Shown piece after piece: positions 12,816-25,710 of a DNA stretch of 64,000 bases. The notes under the pieces were generated by a model, which saw only the letters and a program-made list of their open reading frames with translations, was not told where the DNA came from and did no database searches. The stretch's first letter is position 1, and each line of letters opens with the position of its first letter. The DNA comes from Lytechinus pictus (Eukaryota): NCBI RefSeq assembly GCF_037042905.1, contig NC_087263.1:6572001-6636000 (forward strand). Direction: 5' to 3'. The translations under genes were made by a program, and so were the position numbers.

Positions 12816-15327
12816 ATTTGCAGCCAGTATGATCAAACGGAATCGGTAGTAGACAGTTAGATGTAGTACTTGTAGGAAATTCTGCACGATCGTTATACCC
12901 TTGTTTAATTATTTTGTATAAATTACGATCCTCTTGATCCGGTCACCAGCAAGAATGCCCAAAGCAAAATGAAACTAAAGGAATGTTCTCTTGAAAGAAG
13001 AAAAATGTATTTTGCTTGTAACAACTGAACAACACTTACATAATTCCCAGCAGGTTTATGAACCTCGGCGCATCAGAATCAACACCATTCTCTGTTCTTG
13101 TTGCATCAGCTCACTTTCTCTAACGCTGTTTACTTTTTTGCCAGCTAATCAATTACATTCATCAAATTGAACGAAGTCAATGACAACCATGACAACGGCA
13201 AGGGCAAAAAAGGCATAGAGAGAGGCAAGAGCACTGATTTGATTAAAAAAAGCTCCTTTTGGCGTTCACGTAAAATTATTGGAATACAATCATGATACCG
13301 TCTCGAGATAATCTAAGAAAATGACATCTGTTACTCCACATCACAGCTTTATATTCAATATGAGTGTTGCCCAGGAAAGATACTAGTTTCCACATCATCT
13401 ACATCTTGCGTGATGATGATTCCTATTTAGGGAACAGCCTGTCGTCAGATCGAAGCTATACTGTTGACACTTGATTGACTTGATTGTGGTTCAATGATCC
13501 ATCTACTTCCTAGCAGAAAGGGGATCCTGCTGTATCCACTCCCGACCCATAAACCAACGTGGACCTTCTGAAGAGAAAGGGGGAAGAAAGTCTTGTTATG
13601 ATATCACTGTTACTTTTCTCAGTGAAATTGATATGCTGAGCGAAAAAGAAAAAACTGGAGTCATTGTTTGTGATGTAATTGCGATGTACAAGAGAATATA
13701 ATTGGGTTTCCATTTTCAAGAGAGTGTGTTTGTATTATATATTTCCACTTTTCTTCTAATGTAAAAACGCATTGTAACAAAACTAATATAATGAAAGGTT
13801 GCGTTGGAAACAAAATCTTAGTAAAGTTATAACTTAAATTAGAACGTCAGGACTGGTTGTTGGGGTGGTACTGAAAGTAGTTTTTATGTTTTTTTATTGA
13901 ACGTGATGCTCAATAGCGCATTAACCATGTTAATTTGTTGGTTTCGGGTTTCCAAAAAGCACTTAGGTTAGCATGTAAAAAGGTGATAAGTTGACGCACC
14001 TTACATGTATATCATACAAAACAATCGCAGCCATTTTTAAGTAGGATGGCTTTGATCGAACAATGATTTTGTTTGCATTTTTATTAAATTAAGTACATTT
14101 AGAAATGACATCCTTAAGCTATCATTATCAAAACTTCACTTAGTGATCACTGAACACGGGCGTAAATGTCGGGGGATGGGGATATATCCCCCACTTATCG
14201 GAGAGGGGGAATGGCACGTAGAATCACCCCCCCCCCACTTTTCAAGACAGAAACTTTTTTTTCCGTATCAAATTATGTTAATACGCTGATTCATCTTTAA
14301 GACAATGACTGCAGTAAAAATGCTAATTTGCCTAATATTGCATTCTAAAAACGCAAAATTTCTCACGCGGTCGCTCCTCTCCCGCGTTTAATTTATTCTT
14401 ACAAAAAATGAGGTCAAGGCAGATCCTTAGTTTTATTTCATTGCAAAAGCTTTATCCGTTATCATGAGAGTATGTTTGTGATAAACCCATTTGTGAATCG
14501 AATAATTCAAATGACTTTTAAATATATATATTGGTTACAATTTTGATCATAAAGCAACAAAAACGTTCCTTAAATACACTGGCGGGGGGGGGGGGGGGCA
14601 TATCCTGGCATCATTGTGAAAGCAGGATACTTGCCCGGCCGCGGCACCTATGCCCGTGAGGATGCTCTTTTCCAATAAATGGAAATGCTGTGCACATTTT
14701 TGGTAACTCGGTGCGCACTTGTTTGAAAAAGAAATATGAATTTTCCTCGGAAAATTGAATGTTTTATCATCTCCAAATATAATCTTAACTATTATTATTT
14801 TCCCCCTTTCTGCAATCTTTTCCTTTTCATTTGCATCATAGTCCAGGAAAAATAAGTTTTGACCTCAGACAAATTTCAACAGAATTTTTTCACCGCAATG
14901 CATTTCCATGACCTCCCCAAAATTACATACTAAAATTCCAATAAAGTCTAAGTGGTGTAAAAACGCCCTGATATGCATATATCCAAAATGGCGGTCATTG
15001 TGAGAATATTTCTTGATTATTGGTAGTAGTACAAACACCGGTCTTATCATAGCACTTTAAAAAATTATGATTTAACCATAATAATATCGGGGTATTTCAA
15101 AGCTTGTTATTACCGGGAAGGGGGGGGGGGGGGAGGGGCAATATGGCCCCTTTGAGATCTACGCCATGGGTCGCCCGATTGCCTCAAATTTTTGCACAAG
15201 GGTCAAGAATGATATAATCTACACAGTTGTATAGCTAAATTAACGAAAGTCGTTTTATTTTGTTTTATTAATTAATTTACACTCTTAGTTCTTATTAGTC
15301 AAGCGGGGGCAAAGACTTTTCGAATCT

Positions 15328-15373
15328 CACGATGCGGCAAACTGAAATTGCAATTTCAGTTTGCCGCATCGTG
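15328..15373. repeat. Perfect 46-bp spacerless palindrome
   Basis: cacgatgcggcaaactgaaattg|caatttcagtttgccgcatcgtg. Confidence 0.95.
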
Positions 15374-18300
15374 GTGAGACAACAGATTATTTCCTTTACC
15401 GATTCTTTTCTACCATGTCTACCACGATGATCAACATCTTCCGTACTAAATTGTTTTATCTCGTTTTTTTTAGAGTCACAGACGACACTGCTGTTCTTAT
15501 TCGCCGATTTTTGAAAAAGACCTCTTTGTCTTCGAAGGGCTTGTTACAATAGATTATAATCGTTCTAGAAAGCATCTGCGCAGTGATTGCAAAAAGTTCT
15601 TGTTATTTTCATATAGAAGGGTTCACTATTTCATCTCATTTCATAAAGGAAATTATGATCCTGCGAATGCAATACTTGTGTTAAAGACCAGCGATTTTAA
15701 AGAATCACCAACGTTGTGCTTTGACCGTAGTCATGGTGGTTATGGACGAATGAGTGGAGGATTCAACATCGCCATCATCGCAATCCGTGATAAACACCTG
15801 TTTGGCCAACGTTGGACTTCAACCTTTTAAGCTCTTGGAGAGTAGTCGTGTTTGTACTCCGTTCTAGTTAAGATATCATTTCCCATCATTATTATTGGTC
15901 GATGTGGTACGTGCGAATCATCCATGCATTTATCCTATCATTGGCGGAATGATTATTTCGTAAGCAAGATACATTTGATGATTTGGCCTTCATATGATTG
16001 ACCATCATAGATCACAGGGCTAAATTGTATTCCACGATACCCAATCCACAGTTGGAGTAGCTAATCTTCTGCGAGAATATCAATGTCTGCAATGTTTTTA
16101 GCTTTGACAATGTTGTCAGATCTATTTCCATTCATCAGAATTTATTGGGAATCATCATTTTTGTTATTAAAAGTTTTTCATCGAGGTAAGTCACTACGGT
16201 TTATACTTAAGGGTACCACTTTTGGGGTCGGGGAGGTTAGGTTAATAATTTAACATGGTATGTACACTGCTCTAATATGCCTATAATCTGCCTGAGATTA
16301 TGAATAAGGAGCAGGGATAGACTCATCTGTCTCTTTCCCTTCACTTTATAGTGTAGACTTGTTTTCATTTCTTTATTCTATTTATTTCCCTTTTCTTCTT
16401 TATTTGCCCCATCGTGTATTCTCGTCCTTTATTAATATTTTTCGTTATATCCTCATTCTCTTTTTTTTTTATTTGTTCTCGTCTTTTTTTTGTGTGTATC
16501 GACGTGTGTCTTCTTCATATTTTCTTGTTTTTCATCATCATCATTTTCTTCTACTACTTTTGTTTTCCTTCGCAGTCTTTCTATAATTTTTGCCAATTAT
16601 TATCATTAGTAGTAATAGTCTTGATATTATTATTATTATTGTTATCATCATTCTTTGGATTTCATTATTCTACCTATTATCAATCCCTCTTCTCCATCTT
16701 CTCCCTCTTTTGTTTTTCAGCATTTTCTGTTGTTCTCTCTGCTATCTACCTTGTAGTGTTTCATGCATTACTTTACATCTCTTCTCTCATAATTATGCTT
16801 TCATTTGTTCAACACCACCTTTATCAACTTTCTATTCCATACTTCATAATGAAAATATAATGTCTAATTTTTAAATCGACATCGCGTGCCCCTCAATACC
16901 TTCGTAGCCTTGAGACGATTAACGTTCATTTCCTACATTTTAATTAACACGATGTATACCAAGGTGCGTTGAGCGAGACATAACATTAACTAGCTACACG
17001 TTTTATCATTCAGCATTTCTAAAAGAGATGGTCTCAGAGGTGATTAATACATTATAATTGATTTACGTTTTATAACATTAATACAACATTTTGTGTAGCA
17101 CTTTTCTAAATATTTTTTTAATGAATGTATAAACATGCCCAAAGGATTTTATTTGAAATATCTGTCAAAACGTTTCAAAGAAAAAAAAAACAGTAAAAAA
17201 CTATTTTTTATACAATGGCTAATAGTTAATTTTACACAAAAATATGCCTGGATAATATCAAGACCATACATTTTCTTATTTCATAGTAATGTAAATTTGT
17301 AAAGTTCCAAAAACCAGTATTCATATTCATTTTACCTGTCAAGTAGTAATAGTATTTTGGAAAATTGTTTCTAAATTAATAGATGCTTTGTTTGATGTAA
17401 AGATTGTTTTGAATGAAAAAATATTCTGATAGGTCATGGGATATACATGTAAAAAACAAAAATGAATGTGGTTAACCTTATTTTGAATTGTACACAATTT
17501 GTAATCTGTAGGAATTATATCAGAAGATGTCTGGGAAAGGACAAACATATGGCCGATACTCTTTATTCTATTTATTAAAAAAAAAAATCGAATTTATTTA
17601 AAAAGAAAATGTAATCAGAAATGACTTGATTTAAAACAGGTCTCAAGAGTTCCTTCAATCCTTTAGTTCCTGTTTAGTGTTCATTTATGTATATTTTTGT
17701 ATGTGACTTTTGTATATAACGATTGTAAATAAATAAAGTCCTGCTTATGAGGATTAAAGAGGATAAATACAATAATATTTTCAGAACTTATACGTCATAT
17801 TTTTATGGTTTTCTTTTAAATAACTAGGGCAATCGATAAATAGAACGTTTGACAAATATATCGTAAAGAGAACCCTTTTTTAAAGAACCCATTAAAAAAA
17901 CTAGCATTTGACATCCGTAATTACGTCATTAATTTGTAATTCATATTTTATCGGTACACGCCTTTAGGCACATAATTATAACAGGATTGTCCACACAATT
18001 TATTTTTTATAAGAAACATTTTTTTTTAGCAAATGCATTTTGATGTCTAAATCTCGGTAGCATCATAATTTCTCGAGTCCTTTCATAAACCGCCATCACT
18101 CAATACCTATCTCTCTCTCTCTCTTGTTCATGCCCTGTTTTCTATATTGTAGGTGCATATTCTAAGAGGCAAACGAAAAAAGAAAGAATTAAATATCAAT
18201 TTCAAGGTAACAATTGATTGCCCTCCTTTCATCACCGCTGCAAAAAAAAAATAAATGATTTGGATCTCTTGAATATTGACTAAATTCTTCGAGATTTTAC

Positions 18301-18914
18301 AGAATAGGGTTGATGGCGGAAGGATGTACGAGAATGAATATCTATTCAATTGTGATCTTTTGCTTTGAATTTCTCTCTTGAGCAGGAAATTTCAGAATTG
18401 ATCAGAGTTAAGTCACATGATTATGTAGCTTGAAAATTAACCTAACTTGTGTGCGTGTACATGGCATGGTTTGTGTGTGTGATGATGACTTTGTGCTCAT
18501 CTGTGTGTGAGGGTTTTGTGCGTGTGTGAGGATTTGTGCGTGGTTGTATCATGATGCACGCGTGTGGGTGTGTTTCCAGTAATTACATGCACGAATATCA
18601 TGCACAATGTTCAAGGTATGTGCATAGCGTATTTGAAGTGATGATGAAGATGATGAATTTGTGCTTATCTGTGTGTGAGTGTGTGTGCGTGGGTGTGTTT
18701 TGGTGCGCAAGGTTGGGTGTGTATGGGTTTCCCTTTCTCTCCCCCCCCCCCTCCATCCCATCTTTGTTGCTCCCTCTTTCCTCATTTCATTTATTTCATT
18801 TTCCCCTTTTTTTTGTTTGTTTATTTGAATAATAATTCCTTATTTCCTATGTCTGTATTTAGGGGTCGAAATTTGTTTACAATTAAACTAGTAATGCACT
18901 CTTTAGAACTAATT

Positions 18915-19175
18915 TTTTTTTTCAATTCAATTCAAGTATTTATTTCCAAATTCATTAAAAGGAACACAATGAGAACAAAATCATATATACACAAAGAAAA
19001 AATAGATCACAACAAAAACAGAATTATCAACAGAACATAACCGGAACAAATAGAGGTAATGATAAAATAAGGGTTGACACATAATTATAAAAATATCGAT
19101 GAACAAAATAATTAATGGACATGGGGCAAGCACAAAAACGCCATAAAAATGCTTGTTAAAACGCGCATACCCGAG
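18915..19175 (-). mobile_element. Probable LINE 3' UTR remnant
   Basis: AATAAA followed by a (TTGAA)n tail on the minus strand, similar to the tail at 36650-36675. Confidence 0.4.
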
Positions 19176-19747
19176 ATGTATTAATCGTTAAAATAAAATT
19201 CAGTATACGAGATGGGTGCGGCAAGTACCAAAGAATAAATGGAATCATACTCAAAGGTGTCACTAGTCAAATGAATACAATAGATAAGTTAACCTTTATT
19301 ACACGAATAGTCACTGTAATACGACATAACACATCTTTACCTTCCGTTTGTGGGGTGGGGATGGAGGGGAGGGGTGCCTTATACCAGTCATTGTCTCTGC
19401 ATACCGGCTATTTATCTGTTCCAAGCCGTCACTAATTTGTAGAAGTCATTAGACAGAAAGAGACTGTTAAGAGATAAGAAGATGATGTCAGTAAAATGGA
19501 AGATTAATCAGTGGGGCTTAAATCAAAAACAGATTTGTAACATATGGGAATGTTTTAAATTGGCATAGCTTTATCCCGTGCAATTACATGCACGAACTTC
19601 ATGCACAATGTTCAAGGTATATGCATTGTGTTAATGAAGTGATGATGAAGATGATTGCAATTGGTGATGGTAATATAATACATGATAGAAAAGATTATTA
19701 TTTTCATATTGTGATTTTTGGTATTATCATTACTAATTTCGATATAT

Positions 19748-19825
19748 TCATCGTCATCATAATCGTCATCATCATCATCATCATTATCATCAACATCATC
19801 ATCATTATCATCATCATCATCATCC
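19748..19825. repeat. (ATC)n microsatellite
   Basis: Directly visible. Confidence 0.9.
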
Positions 19826-21074
19826 ATCTGTTGTTTCTATTTGGATTGTTTAATGGTTTAATTGTATATTTTTATTTCGATGAATTGATACTCTTGATTC
19901 CTTGGTGGACTATGAATTTACGATTTACGATATACATTCGTTGGTGAGAGTGTGTATGAGTGTGTGTTTCCATTATACGAACAACCGTCTTTTCTTTTAT
20001 TATCGTTGAGTGTCACGAAAAATGGATCTTAAAAAGAAATAAAGCATTCCTTCAATATGATATTAATCAAAATCTCAGACATGTCAACATGGTCAATATC
20101 TGACATGTAACTGACACTCTCCATATTAATTATAAAAATAACTTCTCATAGTCCCTTTCAGACCCAGGAAGAACGAATGGTAATTATACTGAATGTACAA
20201 ACAAAGCACACTTTCGGTTTATACTCCTTGGTTGACAGATAAAATGAAAGGATGAAAAACATTACCATTTGACACCCCAATCAGTTCCTGCTCAGAGATA
20301 TTAATTTCATATTTGGTATTACTTGCAGAAAGAAGTAGCATTTATAGAAGTGGAAGTATAGTAGTATAGTAGCACAAAAAGCGCTTCGTGTGAACAGGGT
20401 AATAGAGCTAGGCATAGCTGCGATGCATAGTTACCAGTAAGGACATGGGTAAACATAAACGTTTCAGAAGCAAAAATAATAATCTAAAGGCAAGTTTTGA
20501 ACGTTTGTCAAACAATAAAGATGCCATTAACTGACATGACGGTCATATGAGTAGGTGGGACATCACCTGAATTACCTGTCATCCTTGTTAGTTTTGATGA
20601 TGTACTGCTAGTAGTAGGTGATGTTATCAGTCAGGGGCGGATGCGCGATTTAGGATAGCAAGAGGGGCTCATTAAGAAGTCAACGTAAAATATAAAAGGT
20701 CATCACTCAATTTTTTTTGGAATACCCCTCCCCCCAAAAAAAACACATAATAATAATAATAATGATAAATAAATAAATGAATAATAAAAACAAAAAAAAA
20801 TCATAAGATAAAACAAATAACTTTAATAAGCAGATAAATACATTTAAAAAAAGTAAAAATACAAAAAATAGAAGCATGTGTGTGTGTGGGTGTGTGTGTG
20901 TGTGAGAGAGATGTGTGTGTGTTCTTTCATTCACACTTCCGGAAATAGCGCGTACGATGGAGCATTATATTTTTTGCACTCAGATATGGCCAATCAAACC
21001 GCTTTTTGTAGTAGCAGAAGAAGAATTGATAGTAGTAGACGTATTAGCAGTAGAATTAGTAGAAGAAGTAGATC

Positions 21075-21076
21075 GA

Positions 21077-21108
<32 letters not shown>

Positions 21109-21190
21109 TAGTAGTAGTAGCAGCAGAAGTAGTAGTAGTAGTAATAGTATATAGTAGTAGCAGAATTAGTAATAGGAGTAGTAGCAGTAG
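21075..21190. repeat. Compound (AGC)n/(AGT)n microsatellite
   Basis: Directly visible. Confidence 0.9.
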
Positions 21191-22143
21191 TATAAGTAGG
21201 CATGGTAAGTGTAGAAAAAAGGCCATCGGAGGCTCCTCGAACCGGATCGCTGATTCAAACTTGTTTCATTACACACAGGAATGATACCAGTGCTTGCCAA
21301 TATTGTGTTATGGTAGAAATGCGATTATCAGAAATTATTATCATAGAAGGTATACCTTTTTTATTGCAACTCAAAACATAATTTGCGCTATAGCGGCGAA
21401 GGGGATACCAGTACCGTTTCCTTTCTTTTGTTTTAAGAGAGAGAAAGCAGAAATGAGGCATGATGATGGCGAATGACACAGAAATAGTATTATAATGAGA
21501 GAAATGAGTTCATGAAGTATACAGTATTATTAAGTACCCCTTCAGTACCCATATCAACTCGTAGATGATCTAAATGGGATCAGCTCAATGTGCTTTAATT
21601 TTACACCCCCCCCCCCCCATCAAACGAATTTATGGTTTTTCTCCGGCGATTTCAGGCCACAGTATTTCTCATATCAAAGCAATCGTTGTTTGTACTACTA
21701 TTAGGTTGATTAACATTGATCGTAGAGGCGATAATATTATTTGACATTTAATCACGAATTGAAATATATTCATTAAAAGCCAACTCGTTTATTTCTTCCG
21801 CCCATGTCCAGGCAATTAAAGCGTGTTTAAAGCGTGGTCGGCGGTAATTTCATCGGCGATTTCCCTCAAAGTGAACGTGTTTAGAATAATCATGTAGGAT
21901 TAGAGGATTTACTTACTCAACGTGCTCATTTTTGGTTTATGATGATAAAATAATGAAATCTGATTATTACCATGGCAGTAATTTCATTTACCAAACCGCT
22001 CTGTCAGCGAAGCCTATACCATTATATTTTGTTACCAATCTACGGGCACCAAGCTAGAAAACGACCAGACCATTTGGATAAATGATTGGAATGATTTGTT
22101 CAAATTGACCTCCCGTTAATGAGGCCGGCGATTAACTTTTATC

Positions 22144-22499
22144 CATGGGCGGAAATCCCAGGGGGGGACGTGTCCCCCCTACCCAAAATAGTAGGGACAC
22201 ATGTAGACCGTTCAGACTGTCCTCCGTCACCCGGGGGAAGGGGGAGAGAAGTCTTATCTCTTCAAATGTCCCCCTACAAGTTTCGGTCTTTTGCGATGGA
22301 AAGAATGAAATTGAAATAAAACATATATTTTGGACGAGATTACCTTACTTATTGAGCGATAACCTTTTTTTTTCTTTTCAAATTTATTTCGGCGAAATGA
22401 CCTTACATTTTGGGGGATCACCCTTTTTTGCTTGTCAAATTTTCCAGCCCCCCCCCCCCCTCTAGCCCCCCTACCTTTGGAGACAGATTTCCGCCCTTG
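22144..22499. mobile_element. hAT-type MITE upstream of B1
   Basis: TIRs CATGGGCGGAAATC / GATTTCCGCCCTTG and a perfect 8-bp TSD CTTTTATC. The site is empty in the B2 and B3 units. Confidence 0.85.
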
Positions 22500-22574
22500 C
22501 TTTTATCATTAAGCATTTCCCGCCATCTGCCATATCAAACGTACCTGAAGAACGAATTAAGAAATATAAAAATT

Positions 22575-22602
22575 GCTAATGGTTTTGTTTAATATTTTAC
22601 AG
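22575..22602 (+). promoter_or_regulatory. Putative 5'-UTR splice acceptor with branch point upstream of B1 (conserved at 28703 and 33064)
   Basis: gCTAATggttttgtttaatattttaCAG, identical in all three B units, about 440 nt before the ATG. Confidence 0.55.
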
Positions 22603-23040
22603 ATGCAACAAACTAGTTTCTTTGGAAATCTTGGATATCTATCATGAAAGTCTGCTCTGATTGACAGTGCCGATAATTGAGGACATTTCACGGTTGGTCA
22701 AATGGAACCAAATTGACAGGTTACCTTGTTTCAGAACAAATACGTATATAAGCAACCAGTCTTTATATGAAACTCTCTCGTCGATGTTTGACTATTAAGT
22801 GATACCTGAGCCATTGCCACAATTTGGAGACCAAATTTCTAACCGGACTCGTCAAAAGACAGAAAAAATCAGCGAGTGTACACTGACTTTGATATCGACT
22901 GAAACCCTGCAGATCGGCAGAACATTGAAAGCGTACATGTCCTGGCCTGACAGTGTATAAGCTATTGAGCTGTAAAGGGATAAAGTAAGACCAATATCGA
23001 TTGTTTAATCTTAAATCCCTGAATTGATAGCTTAATCGAA

Positions 23041-24339
23041 ATGGAAAACGCGAGTGATATTCATCCAAACACATCCAGCTGTTGCGAATATCAAGATTTG
23101 TATGATATAAGTGAACATCCCATGCATTCGATTGCGTGGCTAGCCACTGTCCCTTCGACTCTTTCGATAATAATCGCGGTCACTGTTGTGGGGAACGCGA
23201 TGGTGATTGTAGCTTACTTTCGGGACAAACGCATCAGGGATAATGTAGCGAACCTCTTCATCTTAAACCTTGCAATAACAGACTTTGTCGTCGGTGCTTT
23301 CATCATTTCCATTGACACTGCCTGGATCATCAATGACGTCTGGACCTATGGAGAAGTGTTCTGCAAAATCTGGCTAGACGTTGATTTCGTAGTCACCATG
23401 ATGTCTTTGCTCACCATGGTACTCATCAGCTGGGATCGTTACTGTCTCCTGACGATGGGGATGCGGTACAAAACATTCCAAACGAAAAAGCGTATCTGCG
23501 TGATCCTTGCCATTTCTTGGACAATTGTTAGCCTGATATACACATTCCTTGCTTTCGCATGGAGTCCCATTACCGGTGAATATAACGTAGATTATTCACA
23601 AAACTGTGAAATGGAGTTTACATACAACGTGGCCGCAACGCTCGTCATCAACATTTTCGAATTCTTCATTCCGTTTACTATCTTAATTATCCTTAACATT
23701 TCTGTGTACAGTAACATAAAACGTAGGTCTAGGGGTACCGTCGGCCAAAGCCCTTCAATACATACGTCGGCTAGGTCACCGAAGAAAAGCTTTGGACCTA
23801 GATCTCCAAGGAGGGTAAACTACCATCCTCCAGACGGTCTCTCTGGCCCACTAGCAGATTCTCATAGCCGCGGTGGTGATGCTGTTGCAGCAAATGTAAC
23901 TATCGAGTCTACTGACAACCGCGCAGATGGAGAAAATTCCTTCACAAGAAAACTGTCAAATGAAAGAGACTCGACTCCAAAGGAAGAAGGTCGAACATTC
24001 GCTAGGCATCGAAAAGCAGCATTCGTGTTAGCCATCCTTATCGGCTGTTTCCTTCTCTGTTGGTTACCCTACCAAGTAACAAGCGTAATGTATGCAGTCT
24101 GTGATACCGATTGCGTCTCCACTCGTTTGTGGGAGGTCACGAATTTACTTCTTTGGGGTAACTCAACCATTAATCCCTTTATCTATGCTGCTACTAATGT
24201 CCACTTTCGTCGGAACTTTAGGAAGTTTTTGTTGCTTGATCGTTGGGCTTGTGACTTTAAACATTGTAAAATGAAATGTCAAAATGCAAATCAGATTCAG
24301 GTTGCCACCGGAAGCCTTAATGACAGCACGGTAACCTAA
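23041..24339 (+). CDS. Class A aminergic GPCR, histamine H3/H4-like, copy B1 (432 aa)
   Basis: NLAITD, CKIWLDVD (D3.32), SWDRY, CEMEF, EFFIPF (E5.46), CWLPY, LWGNSTINPFIY; N-terminal NAS/NTS sequons. Confidence 0.95.
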   Translation: MENASDIHPNTSSCCEYQDLYDISEHPMHSIAWLATVPSTLSIIIAVTVVGNAMVIVAYFRDKRIRDNVANLFILNLAITDFVVGAFIISIDTAWIINDVWTYGEVFCKIWLDVDFVVTMMSLLTMVLISWDRYCLLTMGMRYKTFQTKKRICVILAISWTIVSLIYTFLAFAWSPITGEYNVDYSQNCEMEFTYNVAATLVINIFEFFIPFTILIILNISVYSNIKRRSRGTVGQSPSIHTSARSPKKSFGPRSPRRVNYHPPDGLSGPLADSHSRGGDAVAANVTIESTDNRADGENSFTRKLSNERDSTPKEEGRTFARHRKAAFVLAILIGCFLLCWLPYQVTSVMYAVCDTDCVSTRLWEVTNLLLWGNSTINPFIYAATNVHFRRNFRKFLLLDRWACDFKHCKMKCQNANQIQVATGSLNDSTVT

Positions 24340-24689
24340 TATCTGCAAACGATCGTCTTCGATCTAGAGAGTTTCCTTGGAAACATGTCGGAAGGCCCAG
24401 ACAAGAAACTTTTGTCAATACAATCAGACTACTGCACATCTAGCACCTATGACTTTGTCATGCCTGTAGCCGATATAAAAATAAAAATAAATGCATTGGC
24501 ACCAATGGCTCTTATACCGTCTATTAAGGCACAGGTTAACAATGATTTGACTTTATAAAAAGCAGCTGAAAGATCCCACTCATCACCTGTGTCCGTAATA
24601 TGTTATAACAATGAAGCCCAGACAAGAAATCGTACCCGAGAAGTGCTTCAAAAGGGAGAAATATAAATTGACCAGAAACACAATATTTA

Positions 24690-24860
24690 TTTCATGATGA
24701 TGACGAGAACAGCTTTTGTTTAGCGCCATTTATCTGGAAAAAACAACAACGACATTCAGAGGCGCCAGCTCCCCAATATGTGACACGTTATTCCAAAAGT
24801 TGCAGGAAGAGAAGGGTCTTTATTTCAGATTTGAAGGTCTCAATGTCGTCACATGTCATC
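24690..24860 (-). mobile_element. L2-like LINE 3' end (shorter copy at ~30818-30968)
   Basis: Minus strand encodes TCDDIETFKSEIKTLLF, typical of the L2 ORF2 C-terminus, followed by a ggcgcta..aaa tail and (ATC)n. Confidence 0.7.
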
Positions 24861-25090
24861 CTATACAATAACATTCGTTGTATATTGATATCCTCAGGAG
24901 ATTAAAGGCTTGGTCCCATTGCACTTACGGATGCAGAGAGGATGTAAAACAGAAAATAATATTGCCATCCGTTGGAAAACGTTATGTATCCGTTGTGTAC
25001 CCGTTGCATACGTGTTTCATACGCTCTGTATGCATCGAGCATCCGTCCACTGTGATTTCATTGTTCGCCCATTTTGCAGGTTTTTCCAAT

Positions 25091-25710
25091 GAGCGCTTTT
25101 AGAAACGCACGTCGACATAGTCAACTGGTACGAGATGACGTCATTTTTTGGCGTTCCATATGCCTCAGGTCCTCACACACGTCCACTATCAGAATGGAGA
25201 ACCTCGCCACATCCATTTTGCAGTTCTCCTAAATCATAGTCGACGTGCACGTGAGTGACGTCATTTCAACCGCTCAAGCCCAGCATTAAGATCAACCTTT
25301 CCCTTTTAAAACACAGTTTTCAGTGACTTTTTCACAAAATTAATGTAAGTTGTACGATGCATTATGTTTATCATATTTGAAATTGCTTTCTGATCTTCAA
25401 AATACATATCGATATGTATCCTAACTCGCGTAAAAAGGAATCAAAGCAAGTGAAAGGGCAAGTGTGCACAAGTTGCACCTTCGCATCACCCGACCGGTCC
25501 GCCAGGCGATGGTAAGCCAGATCTTTCGGGTCGGGCAGCGTGTCATGACCCGCTGGTTATCGCACTGTTTCACTTTGACGTACGTACACGTACAAGTCGA
25601 GTGAAATCTAAAGTATTCGCATCTGTAGTGAACAAGTGCAGACGACGACGTTGACTCGAACGATCAAACGACTGCTACGCCGTTCTCGTTCACTGCTCCT
25701 AAAAGTCTCT
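25091..25710. mobile_element. 620-bp nested DNA-transposon-like insertion with AT target duplication (ISL2EU-like)
   Basis: Absent in the B2 unit (caat|tgtc). Imperfect TIRs gagcgcttttaga / cctaaaagtctct, with AT on both sides. Confidence 0.65.

Larger units (their letters stand above)
1..14843. repeat. Tandem segmental duplication of the A-type GPCR unit: partial copy 1-1467, copy ~1468-8067, copy ~8068-14843
   Basis: Position 1 matches 6628 and ~13489. The same small ORFs recur at 22/6649/13510. Homology of the last copy ends near 14843. Confidence 0.95.

Noticed and set aside
16359-21203. Hydrophobic or low-complexity ORFs (poly-I, poly-D, poly-S, poly-Y, F/L-rich)
   Set aside because: Translations of microsatellites and T-rich tracts with no domain signal.
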